In this document: positions 33,725-42,301 of the stretch, one piece after another
Layout of the letters: every line of letters starts with the position of its first letter
How positions within the stretch are numbered: position 1 is the first letter of the stretch
Assembly (NCBI GenBank): GCA_022709695.1
Contig: JAKLII010000002.1
Coordinates: forward strand, 346,955 to 410,954
Reading direction: 5' to 3'
Length of the DNA: 64,000 nucleotides
Source of the DNA: Bacteroidota bacterium
GTDB lineage: Bacteria > Bacteroidota > Bacteroidia > Bacteroidales > SKPS01
Position numbers and translations under genes: made by a program
The notes under the pieces: model-generated
Databases searched by the model: none
Told to the model about the DNA's origin: nothing
The model's input: only the letters and a program-made list of their open reading frames with translations

Positions 33725-35035
33725 ATGAAGGAGATTGGTGAAAGGCTTCCGTTGATACAGGAGGCTGATTTGAAGGACAAGGTGGTTTTGGTCAGGGTAG
33801 ACCATAATGTGGTGAAGAAAGGGGAAATCCACGACCCGTACCGGATTGATGCTACTATCGGAACCCTTTACCACATTGTGGCGCGGGGAGGCAAGCTCAT
33901 CCTGATGTCGCATGTGGGAAGGCCCAAAGACAAAAAAAGCGGTCAGATCCAGATCAACGACGACAGTTCGGTACAGCCTATCGTGGAATATCTGCAGAAC
34001 AAGCTTCATATCCGCATTGCAGTTCCGGAGTTCAGGGCCGTAAACGGTGAGGGGTACCCCGGCATCGAAACCTCCGTGAACCACTATATCCGTGACCTGA
34101 AAAACCATCAGTACGATGCCATCTACCTGCCCAACACCCGATGGTTTACCGGCGAGGAGAGCAAGGGTGAAGAGGCCGACCGGTTTGCCTATCAACTGGC
34201 CGGACTTGCAGACGTGTTTGTAAACGATGCCTTCGGATCGTGGCAACCCCATGCATCTACCTACCATATCACCCAATACCTCCCGTCGTATGCCGGATTT
34301 CTGATGCAGAAGGAGCTGGAAAACCTCGACCGTATCTGGAATCCGCAGAGCCCGTTCGTAGCGGTGGTAGCCGGATCGAAATTCGACACCAAGGTCGATT
34401 CGCTGTATGCCCTCGTGGATAAGGCCGATAAGCTGGTGCTGGGTGGAGTGATCTACAATGCCTACCTGTGCGCCAAATACGGCTTCTCCATTGCCGGAGT
34501 AGAAGATTCCGACATCGAAATGGCCGGAAAATTCGTGGAATACCTGAAAACCCATCCCGGAAAAGTGGTGGAACTGCCGTATATCATAGAATCGGATCAG
34601 CTGGGCCCCAAGGAGGAAGGGAAGTACAGAATGCACGACATCCGTTTCCTTGCTCCGGATACCAAACTGAACTATGTACTTGATGTTTCGGCAGATTCGT
34701 TCAACCTGCCCGAAGTGCAGGAGGTATTCCTTACAGCCCACAGCATCTTCGTAAATGCCGTGATGGGGTTCACCCCCCACTTCAACGAAGGCACCATTGC
34801 CCTGGATGAGCTGATCGACAAAAACCGTGAGTGCGTGAAGCTTTATGGTGGCGGTGATACCATGCAGGAGCTCAAACGCCTGCTGCCCGGTCTCTACATC
34901 ATGGCCCTCGATAACCCCAAATACTACATCTTCACCGGTGGGGGTGCAGTGCTAAAGGCTATTGAGGAGAACAGCATCGAAGGATTGAAACCGGTGGTGG
35001 CACTCATGGAGAATAAAACGAAGATCCGTAAATAG
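33725..35035 (+). CDS. Divergent phosphoglycerate-kinase-family protein
   Basis: 436 aa with PGK-fold motifs throughout. These are VLVRVDHNV..G.I.D.YRI, LMSHVGRPK, LPNTRWFTGEE, VNDAFGSWQPHAS, VVAGSKFDTKV, LVLGGV and YGGGDT. It is much more divergent than typical Bacteroidota Pgk, and the canonical DAFGTAHRAHAS motif is altered. Confidence 0.7.
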   Translation: MKEIGERLPLIQEADLKDKVVLVRVDHNVVKKGEIHDPYRIDATIGTLYHIVARGGKLILMSHVGRPKDKKSGQIQINDDSSVQPIVEYLQNKLHIRIAVPEFRAVNGEGYPGIETSVNHYIRDLKNHQYDAIYLPNTRWFTGEESKGEEADRFAYQLAGLADVFVNDAFGSWQPHASTYHITQYLPSYAGFLMQKELENLDRIWNPQSPFVAVVAGSKFDTKVDSLYALVDKADKLVLGGVIYNAYLCAKYGFSIAGVEDSDIEMAGKFVEYLKTHPGKVVELPYIIESDQLGPKEEGKYRMHDIRFLAPDTKLNYVLDVSADSFNLPEVQEVFLTAHSIFVNAVMGFTPHFNEGTIALDELIDKNRECVKLYGGGDTMQELKRLLPGLYIMALDNPKYYIFTGGGAVLKAIEENSIEGLKPVVALMENKTKIRK

Positions 35036-35145
35036 AACATCGATCTTACAGATCAGACGGATTTTCATTGATTTGATAACGTATTGATTATTATATCAGT
35101 GTAAATCTTATCAATCTGCGTAATCAGTGTTCTATAAAAAAAAAA

Positions 35146-35175
35146 TTGACATTTCTCTAAAACGATTTAATTTTG
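35146..35175 (+). promoter_or_regulatory. Candidate Bacteroidota promoter for the LamG/T9SS gene
   Basis: TTG (35146-35148), a 19-nt spacer and TAATTTTG (35168-35175) are present, and the ATG at 35196 lies 20 nt downstream. This supports the 35196 start over the ORF-track start at 35127. Confidence 0.5.
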
Positions 35176-35195
35176 GAGTTCAAATTCACTTTGAC

Positions 35196-37271
35196 ATGAG
35201 AACTCTGATCATTATTGTTCTATCAATGTGTGCATTACTGGGAAAATCCCAGTTTACCGGAGCCGGCCAGTGCCTTGAATTCAACGGTGGATCGAAGTAT
35301 GTAAATGTTCCAACATCCGCCTCCCTGAGCCCCACTGCTTCCATCACCGTGGAAGCCTGGATCTATGCCACAAGCTGGGGGGTGAATGCCTGGACCAACA
35401 CCATTGTAAGCAAGGAGGACTGGGCCTCGGGCAGCAGGGGGTATGTGCTGCGTTGCGGCAATTCCGGGCGCCTGTCGTTTAATATCGGCACAGGATCCAC
35501 ATGGTCTGAGGTGGTTACTACCACCACGGTCATGAATCTGAATCAATGGCATCATGTGGCAGGCACCTTCAGCGGCACCCAGCTGAAGATTTTTGTTGAT
35601 GGAATCGAAGTGGCCACGACATCTGTAACCGCCACTATCACTGCCTCACCGTATGATTTCCGGATTGGGGAATGCGCCTATTCAAATGTTTCAAGCCGCC
35701 CCTTCACAGGACGGATTGACGAAGTAAGGGTTTGGAATACTGCTCTTTCCATAACCCAGTTACGTGATTATATGTGCAGACCCATCACCTCCGCACACCC
35801 GGCATACAGCAACCTCAAAGGGTACTGGAAGCTGGATGAAGGGGGGACTGCCACCCTCACTGCCGATTCGTCGGGGAACCTGAATCACGGAACCCTTACC
35901 AATGCACCGGTATGGAACCTTTCGGGTGCAGCACTGGGTGAAATAAGTGCCTACAACTATACCTCCCCTTTTACGGTATCACTCAACAGCACTTCTGACA
36001 GCATTTCGGTAAGCGGATTCTCTCCCGCACCCACCGGGGTCCAGATCTACCGCATCAGCGGGCAGCCTTCCAACCTAACCCTGCCCGCAGGTTATCCGAT
36101 TACAGGCTTCAGCGACGGGTACTGGGGAATCCGTGTAATTGGCAGTCCTAATGCCACCTACACTTTCCATCTGAAACTCAAAACCTGGCCTGCCGCCACC
36201 GGATGTATGCCCGCGCTGATCCAGCGCACCGACAACGGCACTGCCACCTGGAGTATCACAAACAGCTTCCTCGATCCTGCTACCTTATCGGTGACTGCCG
36301 GAAATTCAGGGAGAAAGGAGTTTATGGTGTACTTCGGGAAGAACAGCGCCATCACCTATACCGGACCGGTAACCGGCTGCACCGGCGACAGTATTAAACT
36401 TACAGCCAAAACCCAACCCGGATTCAGTTATCTGTGGATGAAGAACAACCAGCCCATTGCCGGGGCAACTGACTCTGCACTGGTGGTTAAACTATCGGGT
36501 GATTACTCGGTAATCGTTACCAACTCAGGAAACTGTACCGATACCTCTTCTGTAAAAACCCTCACTTTTTTCCCAAAACCCAATGTGCAGATCACCCCTT
36601 CCGGGCCAGTTACATTCTGCGACGGCGGACAGGTAGTACTGCATGCCAGTGGTGCCCTCAACTATCTGTGGAGTAATGCTTCCAATGCCGATTCCATCCT
36701 GGTTACCCAATCGGGTGTTTTCAAACTGTACGGTGCCGATTCCAACAACTGTCTGAATACAGACACCATCGTGATAACCGTTCATCAGAATCCCGCCCCG
36801 GTGATCGTTCAGTCAGGCCCTAACCTTATCACTGCCCAGCCGTATGCCAGCTACCAGTGGTATCTGGGTAACCTGCTGATCCCCAATGCCACGCAACATA
36901 GTTTTACCCCGGTTCAGAACGGGTTGTATAAAGTAGAGGTCACCGACAGCAACGGATGTACCGGAGTATCGGCGAACTTCACCATGAACAACGTGGGGAT
37001 CGGAAACCTGCCCGATCATCAGCCTGACCTGACGGCCACGCCCAATCCAACCGGAGGACTAACGACCTTCACTGTTGCAGGGACAGCCACAGGGGAAATC
37101 GTGTTCGGCATTTCCGATTATCTGGGACGTACTATCATAAACAGCAGCTCCGTTACAGAACTTTCCTCACCCACTTTTACACTGGATTTATCCGGACTGG
37201 CACCCGGCATCTATTTCTATCATGTGGATTATCAGGGGAAAAGAATTACCAAAAAACTCATCATTCAATAA
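35196..37271 (+). CDS. Secreted LamG/concanavalin-A-like lectin domain protein with Ig-like repeats and a T9SS C-terminal sorting domain
   Basis: Signal peptide MRTLIIIVLSMCALLGKSQ. A Laminin_G_3-like region is present (ITVEAWIYATSW...WHHVAGTFSGTQLKIFVDGIEV...GRIDEVRVWNTALS). Cys-containing Ig-like repeats follow, and the T9SS tail reads LTATPNPTGG...LAPGIYFYHVDYQGKRITKKLIIQ. Confidence 0.85.
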   Translation: MRTLIIIVLSMCALLGKSQFTGAGQCLEFNGGSKYVNVPTSASLSPTASITVEAWIYATSWGVNAWTNTIVSKEDWASGSRGYVLRCGNSGRLSFNIGTGSTWSEVVTTTTVMNLNQWHHVAGTFSGTQLKIFVDGIEVATTSVTATITASPYDFRIGECAYSNVSSRPFTGRIDEVRVWNTALSITQLRDYMCRPITSAHPAYSNLKGYWKLDEGGTATLTADSSGNLNHGTLTNAPVWNLSGAALGEISAYNYTSPFTVSLNSTSDSISVSGFSPAPTGVQIYRISGQPSNLTLPAGYPITGFSDGYWGIRVIGSPNATYTFHLKLKTWPAATGCMPALIQRTDNGTATWSITNSFLDPATLSVTAGNSGRKEFMVYFGKNSAITYTGPVTGCTGDSIKLTAKTQPGFSYLWMKNNQPIAGATDSALVVKLSGDYSVIVTNSGNCTDTSSVKTLTFFPKPNVQITPSGPVTFCDGGQVVLHASGALNYLWSNASNADSILVTQSGVFKLYGADSNNCLNTDTIVITVHQNPAPVIVQSGPNLITAQPYASYQWYLGNLLIPNATQHSFTPVQNGLYKVEVTDSNGCTGVSANFTMNNVGIGNLPDHQPDLTATPNPTGGLTTFTVAGTATGEIVFGISDYLGRTIINSSSVTELSSPTFTLDLSGLAPGIYFYHVDYQGKRITKKLIIQ

Positions 37272-37400
37272 ATCAGTCATTCAGGAATAATATTCTCAAA
37301 ATATTTTACCGATTGTACTGGTTCTTATTCGTTTATCGCTATATCAGATGGTGGTCATTCGACTGTGATGGTGCGCATACTTTTTTAAGTCCGTTTCAGA

Positions 37401-37946
37401 TTATTCCGGGGCCTCCCAGATATTTCCAAACCTGTTTTCATGGATCAGCCGGGGTTGAAAACGTTGCGGGAAGGGTTTCTCCTCCATCGGATAACCAACG
37501 GCTATGAGCGACACCGGTACCACCGAATCGGGCAGGGCAAACAGGCGTGACATTCCATCCATCCGCTCATGCCTCCCGAAAACGCCCAGCCAGACGGTGC
37601 CCAGTCCCATGGCACATGCCTCGAGCAGAATATTCTGGGTAGCGGCGGAGCAGTTCTGCACCAGGTAAAGATCGCTGGGGTCTTTTTCGCGGTCGCCGCA
37701 CACCAGGATGGCTGCTGTAGCTTCCCGCATCATCAGCGAATAGGGGTGCACCTCCGGAATCCGGTCGAGGAGTGTCCTGTCGGTAACCACCAGAAACTGC
37801 CATGGCTGCAGGTTTCTGGCGGTGGGGGCATACATGGCAGCACGGATCAGCTGTTCCAGCTTCTCCCGTTCCACCGGCCTGCTTCTGTCGTATTTCCGGA
37901 TGCTTCTGCGCAGTCCGATCGCTCCGATATTGAATTTTTGCTCCAT
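37401..37946 (-). CDS. Nitroreductase-family flavoprotein (cytoplasmic)
   Basis: 181 aa. RRSIRKYD, APTARNLQPWQFLVV and GLGTVWLG are typical of the FMN nitroreductase fold. Confidence 0.85.
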   Translation of the reverse strand: MEQKFNIGAIGLRRSIRKYDRSRPVEREKLEQLIRAAMYAPTARNLQPWQFLVVTDRTLLDRIPEVHPYSLMMREATAAILVCGDREKDPSDLYLVQNCSAATQNILLEACAMGLGTVWLGVFGRHERMDGMSRLFALPDSVVPVSLIAVGYPMEEKPFPQRFQPRLIHENRFGNIWEAPE

Positions 37947-37966
37947 ATTTCAGGGATTAGCCCGGA

Positions 37967-38611
37967 TTATTGCTTTTTCCTGTATCCCACAGGGGTATTC
38001 AACAACGGGTATTGGGTGGGTGTAAGAGCCAGCACTTCCCGCAGTTTCTCATCGTTCATTCCTGCCCTGATGCGGGTTTCAAGCCCTGCGGCAGCACAGT
38101 ATAGCGAGATATTCTGCGCAACGATTCCTGCATCCATGGAAGAAAGGACCAGACGTGATGAATCGGTGCCAAAAGTAAATTTCGAAATGTCAGCCACAAG
38201 GATCAGAAACACCGGAGCATCCAGCACCCATACCTGCCGGTCGGCAATAAAGGTCCGGTAATCACCAGCTGCAACCGTATCAAGCTGGTGTTTCTGCGGA
38301 TTATACCTCCAGATACCCACTTTTGTGGCCACATAAAGGTCGATATCCTGTGCATTTACAGCCGATGCAGCGGTACGCTTCCCTGATTCCGGCCGGTTGA
38401 TGCCGTTGGCGCTCCACAAGAGGGCTGAAAGCTGTTGGGGGGTTATCTGGCATGTATCAAAACTGGTTGCAGAGGCACGTACCTTAAGTGCCTCCATTAC
38501 CGTGGTTCCCTGGCTGAAATCCACAGAATCAAGAACCATCGGGGCAAATGATTGTCCGTGAGATACCGCTGCTATCAATACTATTGCTATGCTAATCAGT
38601 GCTGTTCGCAT
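37967..38611 (-). CDS. Nitroreductase-fold (SagB/ThcOx-like) protein with an N-terminal signal peptide
   Basis: 214 aa with the signal-like N-terminus MRTALISIAIVLIAAVSHGQS. RASATSFD...LSALLWSANGINRPESGKRTAASAVNAQDIDLYV resembles SagB-type nitroreductase-fold dehydrogenases. Confidence 0.65.
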   Translation of the reverse strand: MRTALISIAIVLIAAVSHGQSFAPMVLDSVDFSQGTTVMEALKVRASATSFDTCQITPQQLSALLWSANGINRPESGKRTAASAVNAQDIDLYVATKVGIWRYNPQKHQLDTVAAGDYRTFIADRQVWVLDAPVFLILVADISKFTFGTDSSRLVLSSMDAGIVAQNISLYCAAAGLETRIRAGMNDEKLREVLALTPTQYPLLNTPVGYRKKQ

Positions 38612-38656
38612 TATTATGGTTTTAAAATTGATGCTTCAAAGATAAAATTTGCTGTG

Positions 38657-38664
38657 TATCTTTG
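38657..38664 (+). promoter_or_regulatory. Candidate -7 box (TATCTTTG) just upstream of the TerC-family gene
   Basis: TATCTTTG matches TAnnTTTG and ends 4 nt before the ATG at 38669. That implies a leaderless or near-leaderless mRNA, or use of a later start. No well-spaced -33 element was seen. Confidence 0.3.
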
Positions 38665-38668
38665 CAGC

Positions 38669-39739
38669 ATGAATTGGCATGAAGTAATTTTTTTCGGAAT
38701 GTTCCTGGTGGGTATCATCGGGATTCTGATGTTCGACCTGCTTTTTATCGGAAAGAACAGCCATGTGATCAGCTTTAAAGAAGCGCTGATCTGGACGATC
38801 GTATGGATCGGTTTGTCGTTGTCTTTTTATGTGTTGCTCAGGTACTGGGGCGACTGGCTGCATGATCTGCGTACGCTGGAGGACATTCAGCATAAAATTG
38901 TGCAGTTTCAACATCCCATCCATATCGAAGGCCTTTCGTTCGAGGAGGCCCTGCAGGTGTACAGGAATAATCTTGCACTGGAGTACATTACGGGCTACCT
39001 TATAGAGAAAGCCCTGAGCGTGGATAACATTTTTGTGATCATCATGATTTTTTCCGCATTTGGAGTGCGGGAGATGTACTACAAAAGGGTACTGTTCTGG
39101 GGGATTTTAGGGGCTGTTGTGATGCGGTTCATTTTCATTTTCCTCAGTGCTGCCCTTATTCAGCGCTTTGAATGGATTCTGTATGTGTTCGGACTTTTCC
39201 TGATCTTCACAGGAATAAAGATGTATATATCCCGTAACAAGCACGAAACCATCGATGTACAGCACCATCCGGTAGTGCGGTTATCATCCAAAATTTTCAG
39301 GGTATTTCCCCGCTATGTAGGTTCAAATTTCTTCGTAAAACCCCATCACAAGGTATTCATCACCCCATTGTTCATCGTACTGCTCGTTGTGGAGTTTATG
39401 GATGTGATTTTTGCGGTGGATTCCATCCCTGCCATTTTCTCCATCACCAAGGATCCTTATATAGTGTTCTTCTCCAATATTTTCGCCATCATAGGCCTGC
39501 GGGCACTTTTCTTCATGCTGATACAGGTAATCAACAAGTTCTACCTCCTGAAGGCCGGGCTTGCCGTACTGCTCACCTTTATCGGCACGAAGATGCTGGT
39601 ACACCACTGGCTGGATGAAATCGGATTCACCACCTTCCATTCACTGTTGGTAGTGCTGGGGATTATCACCATCAGTATTGTGGCATCGCTGGTTTTCCCG
39701 AAAAAGGAGGCCGGCGGACAGCTTTCGCTGGATATCTGA
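38669..39739 (+). CDS. TerC-family integral membrane protein
   Basis: Start taken at ATG 38669 (MNWHEVIFFGMFLVG...); the ORF-track start at 38552 overlaps the divergent upstream gene. TerC motifs are present: YITGYLIEKALSVDNIFVIIMIF and VEFMDVIFAVDSIPAIFSIT. Confidence 0.88.
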   Translation: MNWHEVIFFGMFLVGIIGILMFDLLFIGKNSHVISFKEALIWTIVWIGLSLSFYVLLRYWGDWLHDLRTLEDIQHKIVQFQHPIHIEGLSFEEALQVYRNNLALEYITGYLIEKALSVDNIFVIIMIFSAFGVREMYYKRVLFWGILGAVVMRFIFIFLSAALIQRFEWILYVFGLFLIFTGIKMYISRNKHETIDVQHHPVVRLSSKIFRVFPRYVGSNFFVKPHHKVFITPLFIVLLVVEFMDVIFAVDSIPAIFSITKDPYIVFFSNIFAIIGLRALFFMLIQVINKFYLLKAGLAVLLTFIGTKMLVHHWLDEIGFTTFHSLLVVLGIITISIVASLVFPKKEAGGQLSLDI

Positions 39740-39750
39740 CAGCGGATTTC

Positions 39751-41034
39751 TCAGCGGGCAATCATCACTTTACCTCTGTAGCAGGTACCAGAAGCATCTT
39801 CTGCAACCAGCAGGTAACATCCCTGTGGCCACATTTTATCCATTTCCAGACTGAACCTTTCGGAGGGTGTGTCCGATGGCCGGGAGCTTTGCATCAGCCT
39901 TCCTGACAGATCAAAAACCGAGACCGCAACCAGCTCCACCGGATCAGAAAACTGCAGACGGATAATCTGATCAGTTATCCAGATGCGTTTCATCTGATCG
40001 GGTCGGGCCACGGGAATCCCCTGGGTTGATGGGGTAAGTTTCAGTTTCATCACCACGGGAAGATGGTCGGAGGCTTCATACAGGTTCTGGAGAATGACGG
40101 CAGGTACGCTGTTGTTGGAACCGCTGGTAATCGACTGGTTCAGGTGGTTTCCGTCGTTGCCCAGCGCTTTATAGGTTCCGGGGATATACTCGTAAAAGGA
40201 GAGGGACTTTTTCAGTTTTTTATTCAACAGGATGAAATCGAACCGGTCGTCAAGGCCACCTCCGGAAGCGCAGCCGTTTGAGGAGGAGCGGACCGATTGG
40301 GTATGGGTAACGGCAAACAGCTGGTTGTCCTGCCAGGCACCGGACATGCTGACAGGGTCGTAAAACACCTCGCCGGTTGTATCGGCAGGCGAGGTAAAGT
40401 TTTTCCAGGCCTGCTCACTGGCCGTATACAGGTTCATATCGCCCGACAGTATTGCAGGATAGCCGCTCCAGAGGGCGGCACTGTCCATGATGATTTTTGC
40501 CATGGCAGCCCGTTCTGAAGCGTCGGCACTTGTGTTGCCCGCTTTGAGGTGGGTGCATATCACATATAAGAATGCGGTATCCTGATGTAAAGGGAGATTC
40601 GGGTCGTTGTGGTAGAGTTTGATGATATTGATATCACGTGCCATGGTTGCCAGCTGATGTTGCGAATGAAGGACAAGTTTCCGGGTATCAAAAAACACAA
40701 AATTGGCCAGATCGGTGCCACTGATATTGGTCAGTGCTGATCCCTGGTAGTGGCTGATGCCATTGATATTCAACACATTATTCAGGAAATGGGTGGGTGC
40801 AAAGGAGTTGGCGCCCACTTCATTTACCGTAATTATATGGGGGGCCATCCAGGTGCATACCACTCCCATGGCAGCCGCCTTGGTGGTGATGTTGTTGTTC
40901 GTCTGGGTGCAATAGGTGGTGGTATTTCCGTAATTCAGCAGATTCCAGTGCATTATGGTGAGGGTATCCTGTCCATGGATCCCGTTGATCATGCCTGTTC
41001 CAAGGAAGAGGAAACAGATGAGTTTTTTTATCAT
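39751..41034 (-). CDS. Secreted endonuclease/exonuclease/phosphatase (EEP) fold protein with a T9SS C-terminal sorting domain
   Basis: 427 aa with a signal peptide. The EEP start is TIMHWNLLNYGN, followed by internal ILSGDMN and ASDHLPVVMKL motifs. The C-terminal beta-sandwich tail reads VSVFDLSGRLM...GCYLLVAEDASGTCYRGKVMIAR. Its ATG overlaps the upstream DUF349 stop (ATGA at 41031-41034). Confidence 0.8.
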   Translation of the reverse strand: MIKKLICFLFLGTGMINGIHGQDTLTIMHWNLLNYGNTTTYCTQTNNNITTKAAAMGVVCTWMAPHIITVNEVGANSFAPTHFLNNVLNINGISHYQGSALTNISGTDLANFVFFDTRKLVLHSQHQLATMARDINIIKLYHNDPNLPLHQDTAFLYVICTHLKAGNTSADASERAAMAKIIMDSAALWSGYPAILSGDMNLYTASEQAWKNFTSPADTTGEVFYDPVSMSGAWQDNQLFAVTHTQSVRSSSNGCASGGGLDDRFDFILLNKKLKKSLSFYEYIPGTYKALGNDGNHLNQSITSGSNNSVPAVILQNLYEASDHLPVVMKLKLTPSTQGIPVARPDQMKRIWITDQIIRLQFSDPVELVAVSVFDLSGRLMQSSRPSDTPSERFSLEMDKMWPQGCYLLVAEDASGTCYRGKVMIAR

Positions 41035-42281
41035 GACCTGCCAAGTTTGCTGTGGATATCGGCAATATCTGCCTCAAGCTGCCGGATCATAGCCTGTTTG
41101 CGCTCCAGCTCGGCCTGCGATCGTGCCAGCTTCTCCTCAATTTCGAGCTTCATATCCACCGATTTCAGTTCAGCAGGTAATTTTTCAAGACGTAACTGCC
41201 ATTCCGTAAAATGGTTCCGCTCATACTCCATGGCTGCTTCGAGCCGGGAAATCTCTTCCGTTTTCCGTGCAATTGCCTTCTCCATATTCATCCTCCACAC
41301 GGCCTGATTTTTCTGCCATTCGATCCTTTTTTCCTCGAAATGGATCCTCTTCCGTTCAAAGAAATGGTCACAGGCCTCCCTGAAGGATTCCCACAACCGG
41401 TCACCTTCATCTTTGGGCACGGGCCATGCGGCTTTCCACTCCTGTTGCAGCTGTTTGATTTTCTCTGAAGTGTCATTCCATTCAACCGATTCCTTCAGGC
41501 TTTCTGCCATTTTGCAAAGGTTTTGCCGGATGATAAGGTTAGCCAGCCGCTGTTCATCGAGACGATTATTGTGATCGGTTTTGCGTTCAAAGAAATGGTC
41601 GCAGCTTTTTCTGAACCTTTCCCACAGTTCTTCGGTTTTTTCCCTGGGTACCGGTCCGATGTTTTTCCATCGTTCCTGCAGATTGATCATCAGGGGGGTA
41701 ACCTCAGTATAATCTTCACGCTCTGCCAGTGACTCAGCTTCAATGCACAAGGCTTCTTTCAGCCTGAGGTTTTCTTCCCGCTCCCGGTCCTTTTCCTCAT
41801 ACTTCAGTTTTCGTCTCTGGAACGCCATGTCCTGGGCGGATCTGAACCGTTCCCAAAGGGCTTCACTTTTCTCTCTGGGGACAGGTCCGATCTGCTTCCA
41901 TTCTGCGAAGAGTTTCTGCATCTCTTCGGCCGCTTCATCAGGGTCTTCCAGGTTTTGCAGTGCTTCTGCCAGTTCGCAGAGTTCCGTTTTGCGGTAAAGG
42001 TTATCAATCCGTTCCAGTTCCTGATTCTGAAATGCCCGTGTACGGTTCTCAAAGAAGGCATCACACGCTTTCCGGAAGCGGTTGTAAAGTTCATCGGCCA
42101 ATTCACGCGGAAAAACCGAACCTGTGCGCTTCCATTCCTGCTGAAGTTCTTTCAGCTTTTCAGCCGTTTCGCGCCATTCGGTACTGTTCTGCAAACGTTC
42201 TGCTTCCCGGCAAAGCTGCTCCTTTGCCTTTAAGATCTGTTCCTGTGACTCGGGGCTTCGCGGGGGGTTGACATCCGTCAT
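41031..42281 (-). CDS. DUF349 repeat protein
   Basis: 416 aa with at least four copies of an approximately 70-aa repeat, L..EWK..G.VPREK.E.LWERFR.ACD.FFERK. A coiled-coil C-terminus follows, and there is no signal peptide. Confidence 0.85.
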   Translation of the reverse strand: MTDVNPPRSPESQEQILKAKEQLCREAERLQNSTEWRETAEKLKELQQEWKRTGSVFPRELADELYNRFRKACDAFFENRTRAFQNQELERIDNLYRKTELCELAEALQNLEDPDEAAEEMQKLFAEWKQIGPVPREKSEALWERFRSAQDMAFQRRKLKYEEKDREREENLRLKEALCIEAESLAEREDYTEVTPLMINLQERWKNIGPVPREKTEELWERFRKSCDHFFERKTDHNNRLDEQRLANLIIRQNLCKMAESLKESVEWNDTSEKIKQLQQEWKAAWPVPKDEGDRLWESFREACDHFFERKRIHFEEKRIEWQKNQAVWRMNMEKAIARKTEEISRLEAAMEYERNHFTEWQLRLEKLPAELKSVDMKLEIEEKLARSQAELERKQAMIRQLEADIADIHSKLGRS

Positions 42282-42301
42282 AACGTGTTTTACCTCAGCA
42301 T

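Noticed and set aside
33701-34780. A 359-aa minus-strand ORF antisense to the PGK-like gene.
   Set aside because: This is a shadow ORF. It is fully contained in a gene with clear PGK-family motifs on the other strand. It has no recognisable motif, its composition (H/V/G/F-rich) is typical of antisense frames, and it has no promoter box.
38612-38668. Considered a yybP-ykoY (manganese) riboswitch upstream of the TerC-family gene.
   Set aside because: Only 57 nt separate the divergent genes, which is too short for that element. None of its conserved core sequences is visible.
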